Positions 11,321 through 19,915 are shown, numbered from the stretch's first letter. The stretch is 28,271 nucleotides of DNA from Candidatus Fraserbacteria bacterium (GCA_037446135.1 JBBIJD010000014.1:1-28271); one strand, 5' to 3'. A program made the numbers and translations. The notes: generated by a model from the sequence alone, not told the origin.

Positions 11321-11342
11321 GGGGCACGCCGTAGCGTGCCCC
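11321..11342 (-). terminator. Hairpin downstream of araC-family gene (possible terminator/REP-like)
   Basis: GGGGCACGC-CGTA-GCGTGCCCC perfect 9-bp stem about 30 nt after the stop; weak U-tract. Confidence 0.45.
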
Positions 11343-11372
11343 TCGAGGCCGCAGATCCTGATTCGCAGGGCA

Positions 11373-12335
11373 CTACAGCGGCCTGATCGGCTCGCAGATG
11401 TCGATGATGTGCTTGTGCTGCGGATGCTGGTCTGGGTCGTTGAGATAGACCTCGTAACAGAGGCGATCGTCTGGCTGGTAGCCGCTCTCGGGGAGCCATT
11501 CACCCATCAGCTTGTCCCAAGCCGCTCCATACTCGTCGGCGCTAATCTCCACATGGGCCACGGCGAACAGCCCGCCGGGGATGGTCATCTTCCCCACCTC
11601 GCCCTCTACCCTCGTGTCCTTGGGAACGGTGATGCAGGCGCTGCAGCGCAGCTTCGCCTCGTCGGTGATCTCTGGGTTGTCGTGATAGACTCCCAAGAGC
11701 TGCGTCTGGGGAAACCGGAGCAGCCCCCGCGGCCCAGCCCATTTGAGGATCTTCTGGACCGCCTTGGGCATCTCTCGGCTATACGGCCCGATGTGCCGCA
11801 CATAGGCCACATGCAGCTCCGGCAACTCCTTGACCTCGACCTCCATCTTCATTTCTGCCCTCCTCTGGAGTCCCTCTGAGATACCTTCAGTGTAGGCCAA
11901 GGGGGGCGCTCCGTCTTTCCCGGCCTTGCTCATCGCTTGTCCACCCTTGCTAAGTTGTTCGCGGATCTTGCTCCAGGATGGGAAGCGGCCCTGGCGAAAC
12001 TCCGTGGCCGTCATGCCGAAGAAGAGCCGGAACTCTCTTGCGAAGGAGGACGAAGATGAGAACCCGCAGTCCAAGGCGATCCTGGTGATCGATAGCTTGG
12101 GATTCTGGATGAGCCGGCTTGCTGCGGTCTCGACGCGGACCCGGCGGATGAAGCTGTGGAGCGTCTCGCCGACCATCGCGTGGAAGATCCGGTGGAAATG
12201 GTAGGGCGAGAAGTTCGCTACCCTAGCCAGGGTGATGAGGCTGAGGTCTCCGTTGAGGTTCTCACTGATGTAGTCGATCACGCGGTTGATGCGTGCCACA
12301 TACTCCTGCCGTAGCAGCTCTCGTCTCTGATACAC
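11373..12335 (-). CDS. AraC-family transcriptional regulator with C-terminal GyrI-like effector domain
   Basis: N-terminal HTH 'FSPYHFHRIF...IALDCGFSSSSSFAREF'; C-terminal GyrI-like 'VAYVRHIGPY', 'YHDNP', 'WLPESGY'. Confidence 0.93.
   Translation of the reverse strand: MYQRRELLRQEYVARINRVIDYISENLNGDLSLITLARVANFSPYHFHRIFHAMVGETLHSFIRRVRVETAASRLIQNPKLSITRIALDCGFSSSSSFAREFRLFFGMTATEFRQGRFPSWSKIREQLSKGGQAMSKAGKDGAPPLAYTEGISEGLQRRAEMKMEVEVKELPELHVAYVRHIGPYSREMPKAVQKILKWAGPRGLLRFPQTQLLGVYHDNPEITDEAKLRCSACITVPKDTRVEGEVGKMTIPGGLFAVAHVEISADEYGAAWDKLMGEWLPESGYQPDDRLCYEVYLNDPDQHPQHKHIIDICEPIRPL
11850..11972 (-). promoter_or_regulatory. Putative intragenic promoter with 3 AraC-type direct repeats, SD and in-frame ATG for the GyrI domain
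   Basis: AGCAAG at 11972-11967, 11951-11946, 11930-11925 (21-bp period); AAGACG-17-TACACT (11917-11889); AGGAGG 11864-11859; in-frame ATG 11852. Confidence 0.6.
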
Positions 12336-12587
12336 GGCAGACTAGCTTAGCAAAAGGGAGGCCGGGCCGGCTAGTCCACTCCCCTGGATTGTGGCCGGCA
12401 CCCTGGAGGCTTCGTTATCTTCCCCGGCGAATAGGCTCCCCTTTGGCGGGGAGAGGCCAGGGAGCAGTTCGAGATGATACCCGGCGTGACCCGCGAATTG
12501 GCTCAAGGCGACAGCGCCTCGCCGCAAGGTTCGGCGGCCGTGGTCGAACGGAGCCAACGCCGAGCTGGGCCTCAGCGGTCACATCTC

Positions 12588-12629
12588 TTGACAAAGAAGA
12601 AGTCTTAAGTTATAATCATGCTAGATTAT
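12588..12629 (+). promoter_or_regulatory. Consensus sigma70 promoter with overlapping Per-box-like operator
   Basis: TTGACA(12588)-17-TATAAT(12611); TTATAAT-C-ATGCTAG resembles Per box TTATAATNATTATAA; inverted repeat ATAATC-N6-GATTAT 12612-12629. Confidence 0.85.
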
Positions 12630-13044
12630 GGCGAGACGCGAACGGCTGGTCGCCCGGTTGCGAGAGGAGGGGTTCAAGCTCACGCCCCAACGGCTGGCGA
12701 TCATCGAACTCCTGGAGGAAGGGGAGCACCCCAGCGCGGAGGAGATCTATCGTAAGCTCTCCCAACGCTACCCGATGCTCTCCCGGGCCACGGTCTATAA
12801 CACCCTGGAGGTCCTGAAGGGGCTCGGTGAGCTGGCCGAACTCCGGATCGCGCAGGCTGTCCACTACGACCTGGACACCGCGCCGCATTACCACTTCCTC
12901 TGCCGCCGCTGCGGGCGGCTCTTCGACCTTAAGGCCCCTCCGGAGCTGGCGGGGCTCGTGGGGAGGGAGCTGGAGGGCCACAAGATCGAGGAGGTCCAGG
13001 TCTCACTCTATGGCCTCTGCGCCCGTTGTGCGAAGGAGGGCTAG
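12628..13044 (+). CDS. perR: Fur-family peroxide-stress regulator
   Basis: 'HPSAEEIY', 'ATVYNTL' (Asn, PerR-like), 'YD...HYH', two CxxC, Asp at PerR D104 position; heads an oxidative-stress operon. Confidence 0.85.
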   Translation: MARRERLVARLREEGFKLTPQRLAIIELLEEGEHPSAEEIYRKLSQRYPMLSRATVYNTLEVLKGLGELAELRIAQAVHYDLDTAPHYHFLCRRCGRLFDLKAPPELAGLVGRELEGHKIEEVQVSLYGLCARCAKEG

Positions 13045-13046
13045 CG

Positions 13047-14273
13047 ATGGGAACGATTGAGATCGCGAAAGGTGTCTATTGGGTCGGGGTGAACGATCGG
13101 GAGACCGAGCTCTTTGAATCGGTCTGGCCCCTCCCCCAAGGGGTGAGCTACAATGCCTATCTCATCGTGGCTGAGAAGGTGGCCCTGATCGACACCGTCA
13201 AGGGGCCCTTCGCCCTGGAGTTGATCGGCAACATCGAGGAGCTTATCGATCCGGCAAAGATCGACTACCTGATCGTCAACCACATGGAGCCGGACCATTC
13301 CGGGGCGATCCCACTCATCCGAAGGCTCGCCCCGAAGCTGCGGATCTTAGGGACGGAGAAGGTGAGCGGGCTGCTACGGGCCCTCTACCAGATCGAGGCG
13401 GGGTTCGAGCCTATCCAGGATGGCCAGCGGCTCGAGCTGGGGAGGAGGCGCGGCCTCATCTTCTATGAGACTCCATTCGTCCACTGGCCGGAGACGATGA
13501 TGACCTACCTCCCTGAGGAGAGGATCCTGTTCTCTGGCGATGCCTTCGGGGGATTCGGGGCCCTCGACGGGGGGATCTTCGATGATGGATTAGATCTCGC
13601 TCGATACGAGCCCGAGATCCTCCGCTACTTCTCCAACATCGTGGGGATGTATACCGGCCCGACCCAGCAAGCGATCCAGAAGCTAAAGGGATTGGAGATC
13701 AAGACCATTGCCCCGGCCCATGGGCCGATCTGGCGGAAGGAGCCCCAGAGGGTCATCGGGCTCTATGACCGCTGGAGCCGGCTGGAGGGCGAGCCCGGTG
13801 TGGTTCTGATCTATGGCTCGATGTATGGCGATACGGAACTGATGGCCGAACAAGTGGCCCGCGGCATCGCCTCCGGCGGGGCCCCACTCCGGCTCCTGGA
13901 TGCCTCTCGGACTCACTTGAGCTTCCTCCTCGCCGAGGCCTGGCGCTATAAGGGGCTGATCCTGGGCGCACCGACCTACGACGGCGGGATCTTCCCCCCG
14001 GTGGAGCAATTCCTCCGGCTCGCCCAGCGGAAGCGGTTGAAAAACCGAATTGTCGGGCTCTTCGGCTCATTCGGCTGGTCCGGCGGGGCTGTAAAGGGGA
14101 TGAGAGCCATCATCGAGGAATTGAAGTGGGAGCTGATCGAGCCGGTCGTGGAGTTCCAAGGCCGGCCCACCGAAGTGGAACTAGAGCAGGGCGCGGCCCT
14201 CGGGCGGGCCGTGGCCGAACGGGTGTTGAAAGGAGGTAGAGATGCACAAGATCACGGAGCGGAACCTGAATGA
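13047..14273 (+). CDS. fprA: Flavodiiron protein (second paralog)
   Basis: 'GVSYNAYLI', 'NHMEPDHSG', 'HWPE', 'SGDAFG', 'PAHG', 'SMYGDT', 'GSFGWSGG'. Confidence 0.93.
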   Translation: MGTIEIAKGVYWVGVNDRETELFESVWPLPQGVSYNAYLIVAEKVALIDTVKGPFALELIGNIEELIDPAKIDYLIVNHMEPDHSGAIPLIRRLAPKLRILGTEKVSGLLRALYQIEAGFEPIQDGQRLELGRRRGLIFYETPFVHWPETMMTYLPEERILFSGDAFGGFGALDGGIFDDGLDLARYEPEILRYFSNIVGMYTGPTQQAIQKLKGLEIKTIAPAHGPIWRKEPQRVIGLYDRWSRLEGEPGVVLIYGSMYGDTELMAEQVARGIASGGAPLRLLDASRTHLSFLLAEAWRYKGLILGAPTYDGGIFPPVEQFLRLAQRKRLKNRIVGLFGSFGWSGGAVKGMRAIIEELKWELIEPVVEFQGRPTEVELEQGAALGRAVAERVLKGGRDAQDHGAEPE

Positions 14274-14745
14274 GGCCTTTTCCGGGGAGAGCATGGCCCA
14301 CATGCGCTACCTGATCTTCGCGGAGCGGGCGGAAGAAGAGGGCTACCCCAATGTGGCCCGGCTCTTCCGGGCCATCGCCTATGCCGAGCAGGTCCATGCC
14401 ACCAACCACTACCGCGAGCTGGGGATGATCAACGACTCGGCGAAGAACCTCCAGGTGGCGATCAACGGGGAGACCTTCGAGGTCGAGGAGATGTATCCCG
14501 CTTATAAAGCAGTGGCAGAATTGCAGGGCGAGCAGGGAGCGGTCCGCTCGACCCATTATGCCCTCGAGGCGGAGAAGATCCATGCCGGGATGTATCAACA
14601 GGCCAAGCAGGCCGTTGCGAGCGGGAAGGACCTCCAGCTCGGGAAGGTCTACATCTGCCCCGTCTGCGGCTATACCGTCGAGGGGAAGGCCCCAGACCGC
14701 TGCCCCGTCTGCGGGGCGCCGCGTGACAAGTTCAAGGGGTTCTAA
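14242..14745 (+). CDS. rbr: Rubrerythrin
   Basis: 'GESMA..RY', 'EQVH', 'GETFE', 'EKIH', C-terminal CPVC...CPVC; AGGAGGT SD. Confidence 0.95.
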   Translation: MHKITERNLNEAFSGESMAHMRYLIFAERAEEEGYPNVARLFRAIAYAEQVHATNHYRELGMINDSAKNLQVAINGETFEVEEMYPAYKAVAELQGEQGAVRSTHYALEAEKIHAGMYQQAKQAVASGKDLQLGKVYICPVCGYTVEGKAPDRCPVCGAPRDKFKGF

Positions 14746-14747
14746 TT

Positions 14748-14777
14748 TTGACGGCCGAGTCAAGTCCCGATTAGACT
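14748..14777 (+). promoter_or_regulatory. Putative internal promoter with palindrome
   Basis: TTGACG-18-TAGACT; TTGAC-N6-GTCAA (14748-14763) overlaps the -35. Confidence 0.45.
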
Positions 14778-14817
14778 GGGCTGAGCAGAATCCAAAGCGT
14801 GACATAAGGAGGTCAGG

Positions 14818-15288
14818 ATGACATCGAAGAAGCTTCTGGAGATGTTGAATGAGGCGATCGGGCGGGAGCTCCAGGTCTCGATCCAGTATATGTGGCAGCA
14901 TGTCCGGATCGCCGGGCCCCATGCGGCCGCGATCGGCGGGGTCCTCCGATCCATCGCCATCACGGAGATGAAGCATGCCGAGGCGATTGCCGAGCGGGTC
15001 GACTATCTAGGCGGGGTCCCCACCACCAAGCCGGCCCCGATCACCGTCGGAGAGGAGTGGCAAGAGATGCTCCAGCTCGACCTGAAGGCGGAAGAAGAAG
15101 CGATCGCGATGTATAAGGAGATCATCGCCCTGGCGGAGAAGGAGAAGGACATCACCACCGCTCACATGTTCCGCGGGATCCTCGAGGACGAAGAGGAGCA
15201 TCACAACGAGTTCCGGACCCTCCTGGAGGAGGCGGGGGCGGCCAAGCCCGTTAAGGCGAGAAGGGCTCGGGCCAGGACGAGGAGGTGA
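14818..15288 (+). CDS. Bacterioferritin-like ferritin-superfamily protein with basic C-terminal tail
   Basis: 'RELQVSIQY', 'EMKH', 'AEEEAI', 'EEEH' ferroxidase ligands; TAAGGAGGT SD. Confidence 0.85.
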   Translation: MTSKKLLEMLNEAIGRELQVSIQYMWQHVRIAGPHAAAIGGVLRSIAITEMKHAEAIAERVDYLGGVPTTKPAPITVGEEWQEMLQLDLKAEEEAIAMYKEIIALAEKEKDITTAHMFRGILEDEEEHHNEFRTLLEEAGAAKPVKARRARARTRR

Positions 15289-15295
15289 GGCCAGA

Positions 15296-15967
15296 ATGGA
15301 GAAGCGACTGCCGTTGATCGGCGATCCCGCACCGACCTTCCGGGCGAAGACCACCCAGGGCCCGCTCGAGTTCCCCAAGGACTACAAAGGGAAGTGGGTG
15401 GTCCTCTTCTCCCATCCTGCGGACTATACCCCCGTCTGCACCACCGAATTCGTGGCCTTCGCCAAGCGCCATGAGCAATTCAAGGCCCTCGGGGCCGAGC
15501 TATTGGGCCTCTCGATCGACCAGGTCTTCTCCCACATCAAGTGGGTCGAGTGGATCGAGCAGGAGTTGGGGGTGAAGATCCCCTTCCCGATCATCGCCGA
15601 CAACACCGGCCAGGTCGGGGAGCTCTATGGGATGCTCCATCCTGGGGCCGCGGAGGCCCAGACCGTCCGGGCGGTCTTCCTGATCGATCCCGAGGGGCTG
15701 ATCAGGGCGATCATCTACTACCCTCTGAATGTCGGGCGGAATATGGACGAGATCCTCAGGCTCCTCAAGGCCCTCCAGACCGCCGATCGGGAGAAGGTCG
15801 CCCTCCCCGCCGGCTGGCCGGAGAACGAGCTCCTCAAGGATCGGGTGATCGTCCCGCCCCCGTCCTCGGAGGAAGGGGCCAGGAAGCGGCTCGAGGAGGC
15901 CAAGGCCGGGAAGGTGGAGTGCTACGATTGGTGGTTCTGCCACAAGAAGCTCGAGGGGAGGAGGTGA
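15296..15967 (+). CDS. Peroxiredoxin, Prx6 family
   Basis: '[15 protein letters not shown]', 'GRNMDEILR', C-terminal 'CYDWWFC'. Confidence 0.93.
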   Translation: MEKRLPLIGDPAPTFRAKTTQGPLEFPKDYKGKWVVLFSHPADYTPVCTTEFVAFAKRHEQFKALGAELLGLSIDQVFSHIKWVEWIEQELGVKIPFPIIADNTGQVGELYGMLHPGAAEAQTVRAVFLIDPEGLIRAIIYYPLNVGRNMDEILRLLKALQTADREKVALPAGWPENELLKDRVIVPPPSSEEGARKRLEEAKAGKVECYDWWFCHKKLEGRR

Positions 15968-15971
15968 GCCG

Positions 15972-16367
15972 ATGGTCAAGCTCGCCGAGCGCATCCAGGA
16001 GGCCGACTGGAAGAAGGAGAAGCATGTCCCGGTCATCGAGTGCCCCGACAAAGTGAAGGCTAACGAATTGGTCCAAGTGAAGGTGAGCCTGGGGAAGGAG
16101 ATCGCTCATCCCAATACTACGGCCCATCACATCCGCTGGATCGAGCTCTTCTTCCACCCCGAGGGGGAGAAGTTCACCTACCAGCTCGGCCACTTCGAGT
16201 TCGCCGCCCATGGGGAATCGACCGAAGGGCCGGACACGAGCTCGATCTACACCCATCATGAGGTCTCGACCTCGTTCAAGACCGCCAAATCGGGGACGCT
16301 CTATGCCCTGGCATTCTGCAACATCCACGGGCTCTGGCAGTCGGCGAAGGAGCTGAAGGTCGGCTGA
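15972..16367 (+). CDS. sor: Superoxide reductase (1Fe, neelaredoxin-type)
   Basis: 'EKHVP', 'HPNTTAHHIRWI', 'CNIHGLW'; no desulforedoxin domain. Confidence 0.93.
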   Translation: MVKLAERIQEADWKKEKHVPVIECPDKVKANELVQVKVSLGKEIAHPNTTAHHIRWIELFFHPEGEKFTYQLGHFEFAAHGESTEGPDTSSIYTHHEVSTSFKTAKSGTLYALAFCNIHGLWQSAKELKVG

Positions 16368-16373
16368 AGCTCA

Positions 16374-17273
16374 ATGTTGACCTCAAAAGAGGGCTGGGCT
16401 CCCCCCACCGGCCGGAAGCCCTCCTGGCTGAAGGTCCGCCCTCCAGGAGGGGGCGAGTATGCCCGGATCAGGAGGGGCCTCCGCCGCTTGGGGCTCCACA
16501 CCGTCTGCGAGGGGGCCCGCTGCCCCAATGTCCATGAGTGCTGGGGGAGCGGGACGGCCACGGTCATGCTCCTCGGGGAGGTCTGCACCCGGAACTGCCG
16601 GTTCTGTGCCGTGGCCAAGGGCCGCCCCGAGCCGCCCGATCCCGAGGAGCCCGAAAAGGTAGCCCAGGCGGTGGCTGCGTGGGGCTTAGACTATGTTGTG
16701 CTCACTTCAGTGAGCCGGGACGACCTCCCCGACGGCGGGGCCGCTCACTTCGCCAAGACGGTCGAGGCGCTCAAGCGCCGGAAGCCCGGGGTATTAGTCG
16801 AGCTTCTCATCCCCGACTTCCAGGGCAAGATGGAGTCCCTCAAGAGGGTCGTGGAGGCCGGACCGGATGTAGTCGGTCACAACCTCGAGACGGTCGAGCG
16901 GCTCACCCCGCTCGTGCGGGACCGCCGGGCAGGGTATCGGCGATCCCTCGAGGTCCTCGCGGAGATCAAGCGGCTCGAGCCCTCAATCTATACGAAATCC
17001 TCAATCATGCTCGGGCTGGGTGAGACCGAAGAGGAGGTCCTCCAGACGATGCGCGACCTCCGCGAGGCGGGGGTGGACTTCCTCACCCTCGGGCAATATC
17101 TCCAGCCGACGCTGCGGCATCTGGAAGTGCAAGAATACATCACTCCGGAGAAGTTCGACTCTTACCGGCAATTGGGCGAGGAGCTGGGCTTCCTGGCCGT
17201 GGCTTCCGGGCCGCTGGTCCGGAGCTCCTACCGCGCCGGGGAACTCTTCTTGAAGGCGCTGAGGTCGAGGTGA
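16374..17273 (+). CDS. lipA: Lipoyl synthase
   Basis: CX4CX5C ([12 protein letters not shown]), radical [11 protein letters not shown], 'GQYLQP', 'RSSY'. Confidence 0.96.
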   Translation: MLTSKEGWAPPTGRKPSWLKVRPPGGGEYARIRRGLRRLGLHTVCEGARCPNVHECWGSGTATVMLLGEVCTRNCRFCAVAKGRPEPPDPEEPEKVAQAVAAWGLDYVVLTSVSRDDLPDGGAAHFAKTVEALKRRKPGVLVELLIPDFQGKMESLKRVVEAGPDVVGHNLETVERLTPLVRDRRAGYRRSLEVLAEIKRLEPSIYTKSSIMLGLGETEEEVLQTMRDLREAGVDFLTLGQYLQPTLRHLEVQEYITPEKFDSYRQLGEELGFLAVASGPLVRSSYRAGELFLKALRSR

Positions 17274-18691
17274 AGGCCGAATTCCTGATCATCGGCGGCG
17301 GGCCGGGAGGGTATGTCGCGGCCATCCGGGCCGCTCAGCTCGGGAGGGGAGTGGTCCTAGTCGAACAAGACCGCCTCGGCGGGGTCTGCCTGAATATAGG
17401 CTGCATCCCCTCGAAGGCCCTCATTCACGCCGCTAACCTCTACCATAAGATCCCCGAGCTTTCCCCCCTGGGGATCTCCGTTGAGGGCCTCCGCCTGGAG
17501 GTGGAGAGGCTCCGGGCCTGGAAAGAAGGGATTGTCGAGCGCCTCCGGGAGGGGATCGCCAAGCTCCTCGCGGCCAACGGCGTGAGGGTGATCCATGGCC
17601 GGGCCCGGCTCGTCGGGCCGGACAAAGCTAGGGTCGAGAGCCCTGGCCCGGAGGCCGAGCTGGTCGAATTCGGTCACTGTCTCCTTGCCACGGGCTCAAG
17701 GCCACTGGAGCTCCCCGGGCTGGAGTTCGACCACGAGCTGGTCCTCGATTCGACCGATGCCCTTTCCCTCCGGGAGGTGCCCGCGGCCTTGCTTGTGATC
17801 GGCGGAGGCTATATCGGCCTGGAGCTGGGGACCCTCTACGCCAAGCTGGGGGCCAAGGTGAAGGTCGTGGAGATGATGGACCAGCTCCTCCCGGGCACCC
17901 CCGCGGAACTGGTCCGCCCGGTCGAGCGGCGGCTCCGGGAGCTGGGCGTAGAGATCCTGCTAAAGGCGCGGGCCAAGGGCCTCCGGAAGGGCCGCTCGGG
18001 AGCGGAATTGCTCGTCGAGACCCCCGAGGGCGAGCGGAGAATCGAGGCGGAGAGAGTCCTCCAGGCGGTCGGGCGGAAACCGAACACCGCCGAACTCGGG
18101 CTCGAGGAGACCGAAGTTCAGCTCACGGAGAAGGGCTTCATCAGGGTGGATGAGCGGTTCCGGACCGGCAACCCCCGGATCTTCGCCATCGGGGATGTGG
18201 CCGGCCCGCCGCTGCTGGCCCATAAGGCCTCCCACGAGGGGCTCCTCGTGGCGGAGGCGCTCACTGGCGGGGCGAAAGTCTCGTTCCGGGCGGTCCCGGC
18301 GGCCATCTTCACCGATCCTGAAATTGCCTATGTCGGGCTGAGCGAGGCCGAGGCCCAAGCCCAAGGGCGAGAGATCATCGTGGGAAGGTTCCCCTTCGCC
18401 GCGCTCGGGCGGGCAGCGGCGATCGGTGAGACCGAGGGCTTTGTGAAGCTCATCGCCGACGCGGGAAGCAAAGCGGTCCTCGGGGTGGAGATCGTCGGCC
18501 CGGAGGCCTCGAATCTGATCGGCGAGGCGGCCTTGGCCGTCGAGACCGGCGCGACTCTGGAAGACCTGGCCCGGACGGTCCACCCCCATCCCACCCTCCC
18601 CGAGGCACTGATGGAGGCCGCCTTAGCGGCCCTGCATCGGCCGATCCATATCTTCGTCAAGGCCCCGAGGACGCGGAAAGAGGCCGCCTAA
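17270..18691 (+). CDS. lpdA: Dihydrolipoamide dehydrogenase
   Basis: '[17 protein letters not shown]', '[10 protein letters not shown]', 'LAHKA', 'HPTLPE'; GTGA overlap with lipA. Confidence 0.95.
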   Translation: MKAEFLIIGGGPGGYVAAIRAAQLGRGVVLVEQDRLGGVCLNIGCIPSKALIHAANLYHKIPELSPLGISVEGLRLEVERLRAWKEGIVERLREGIAKLLAANGVRVIHGRARLVGPDKARVESPGPEAELVEFGHCLLATGSRPLELPGLEFDHELVLDSTDALSLREVPAALLVIGGGYIGLELGTLYAKLGAKVKVVEMMDQLLPGTPAELVRPVERRLRELGVEILLKARAKGLRKGRSGAELLVETPEGERRIEAERVLQAVGRKPNTAELGLEETEVQLTEKGFIRVDERFRTGNPRIFAIGDVAGPPLLAHKASHEGLLVAEALTGGAKVSFRAVPAAIFTDPEIAYVGLSEAEAQAQGREIIVGRFPFAALGRAAAIGETEGFVKLIADAGSKAVLGVEIVGPEASNLIGEAALAVETGATLEDLARTVHPHPTLPEALMEAALAALHRPIHIFVKAPRTRKEAA

Positions 18692-19191
18692 TCCACCTTC
18701 TTGAACATCTCCTGCTTGGCCCCGCAGATCGGGCAGACCTCGGGGAGGAGGCCATCTGAGACATAGCCGCAGACCTGGCAGACATAGTAGTCCCCCAGCT
18801 CATCCCGGAGGAGCTTGCGCATCGCCTTCTCGTAAAGCTTGGCATGGCCGGCCTCCACATCCATGGCTTGGGTGAAGCCCTGGGCCGCGGCCCGTTCTCC
18901 CTCCTCCTCCGCGATCCTGATGAAGTCGGGGTAGTAGACCGAATTGACCGTCTTCTCCTGGTTGAATGAGTATTCCAGGTTCTCCTCAGTGCTCCTGATC
19001 GCGGCCTCCCCCAAGAGCCTCATGTGGCGAAGGGCGTGGACCCGTTCGGCCTCGGAGATCGCCCGGAAGAGCTTGGCCACCTGGGGGTAGCCGTCCCTTT
19101 CTGCCCGCTCGGCGAAAGCTTGAAGCCGAATGTGAGCCTTCGCCTCTCCGACGAAGGCCTCGAAGAGGTTCTTCCTCGTCTGCTCGCCCAT
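18688..19191 (-). CDS. Rubrerythrin-family protein (atypical)
   Basis: 'GEAKA', 'ERVH', 'EAGH', C-terminal CQVC...CPIC. Confidence 0.9.
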   Translation of the reverse strand: MGEQTRKNLFEAFVGEAKAHIRLQAFAERAERDGYPQVAKLFRAISEAERVHALRHMRLLGEAAIRSTEENLEYSFNQEKTVNSVYYPDFIRIAEEEGERAAAQGFTQAMDVEAGHAKLYEKAMRKLLRDELGDYYVCQVCGYVSDGLLPEVCPICGAKQEMFKKVD

Positions 19192-19227
19192 CCTCGCCAG
19201 GGCTCACCTCTCTTTAGCTTAAGGGCT

Positions 19228-19257
19228 AGATTAGCCCAGCTTGGGCCCCCTTGGCAA
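19228..19257 (-). promoter_or_regulatory. Promoter of divergent rubrerythrin
   Basis: Minus strand TTGCCA-18-TAATCT. Confidence 0.5.
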
Positions 19258-19266
19258 GGGCAGAGT

Positions 19267-19295
19267 TTGACAGCCCCGGAAGGGGGCCATAGAAT
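19267..19295 (+). promoter_or_regulatory. sigma70 promoter of nitroreductase-OFOR-rubredoxin operon
   Basis: TTGACA-17-TAGAAT. Confidence 0.85.
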
Positions 19296-19307
19296 TAGCG
19301 GAGCTAA
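19295..19307. promoter_or_regulatory. Putative operator TTAGC-N3-GCTAA (copy 2)
   Basis: (A)TTAGC-GGA-GCTAA(T) starting at the last base of the -10. Confidence 0.55.
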
Positions 19308-19334
19308 TCGGCTAGCAAGGCAAGGAGGTCCAGC

Positions 19335-19913
19335 GTGCCGGAGAATGAGGTCCTGAAGACTATAAGGGAGCGGAGGAGCATCCTCAGGTTCGAGCCGAAG
19401 CCGGTGACAGAGGAGCAACTCCAAGCCATCTTAGAGGCGGGGCGGTGGGCCCCTTCATTCGCCAACTCCCAGCCCTGGGAGTTCATCGTCGTTCGGGATA
19501 AGGGGCTCTTGGCCGAGCTGAATGGCCTAGTCCAGAGGATCGCCATCGCCAAGCGGGGGAAGGTCGCGATCAGCAAGGCCGGGCTCGGCGAGGCGCCCCT
19601 AGTGATCGTCGTGGCCGTCGACCCCTGGAAGGACCCGCAGCACTTCGTGGAGGCCGGGACTGCGGCGGCCCAGAATATGGCTCTCACAACCCATAGTCTC
19701 GGCCTGGCCTCCTACTGGGCCGGGGTCTATAGCCCTCGTGGTGGAGGGAGAGGGACCCCCGAGGCGAAGATCAAGGAGCTCTTGAAGATCCCGGCCGAGC
19801 ACCGCGTGATCGCCCTCCTCCCGATCGGCTTCCCGGCCTACAAGGACCAGGGCGAGCGGAAGGAGCTGGCCGAATTGGTCCATTACGACCGCTATGGCGG
19901 GCAGGAGGGGTAA
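19335..19913 (+). CDS. Nitroreductase family protein
   Basis: 'RRSILRF', 'APSFANSQPWEF', 'AAQNMAL...LGLAS'; AAGGAGGT SD, GTG start. Confidence 0.92.
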   Translation: MPENEVLKTIRERRSILRFEPKPVTEEQLQAILEAGRWAPSFANSQPWEFIVVRDKGLLAELNGLVQRIAIAKRGKVAISKAGLGEAPLVIVVAVDPWKDPQHFVEAGTAAAQNMALTTHSLGLASYWAGVYSPRGGGRGTPEAKIKELLKIPAEHRVIALLPIGFPAYKDQGERKELAELVHYDRYGGQEG

Positions 19914-19915
19914 AG

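Noticed and set aside
12353..12587. About 235-bp intergenic region as possible ncRNA, riboswitch or small ORF
   Set aside because: No recognisable RNA family motif or convincing coding signal; an Rfam scan would be needed.
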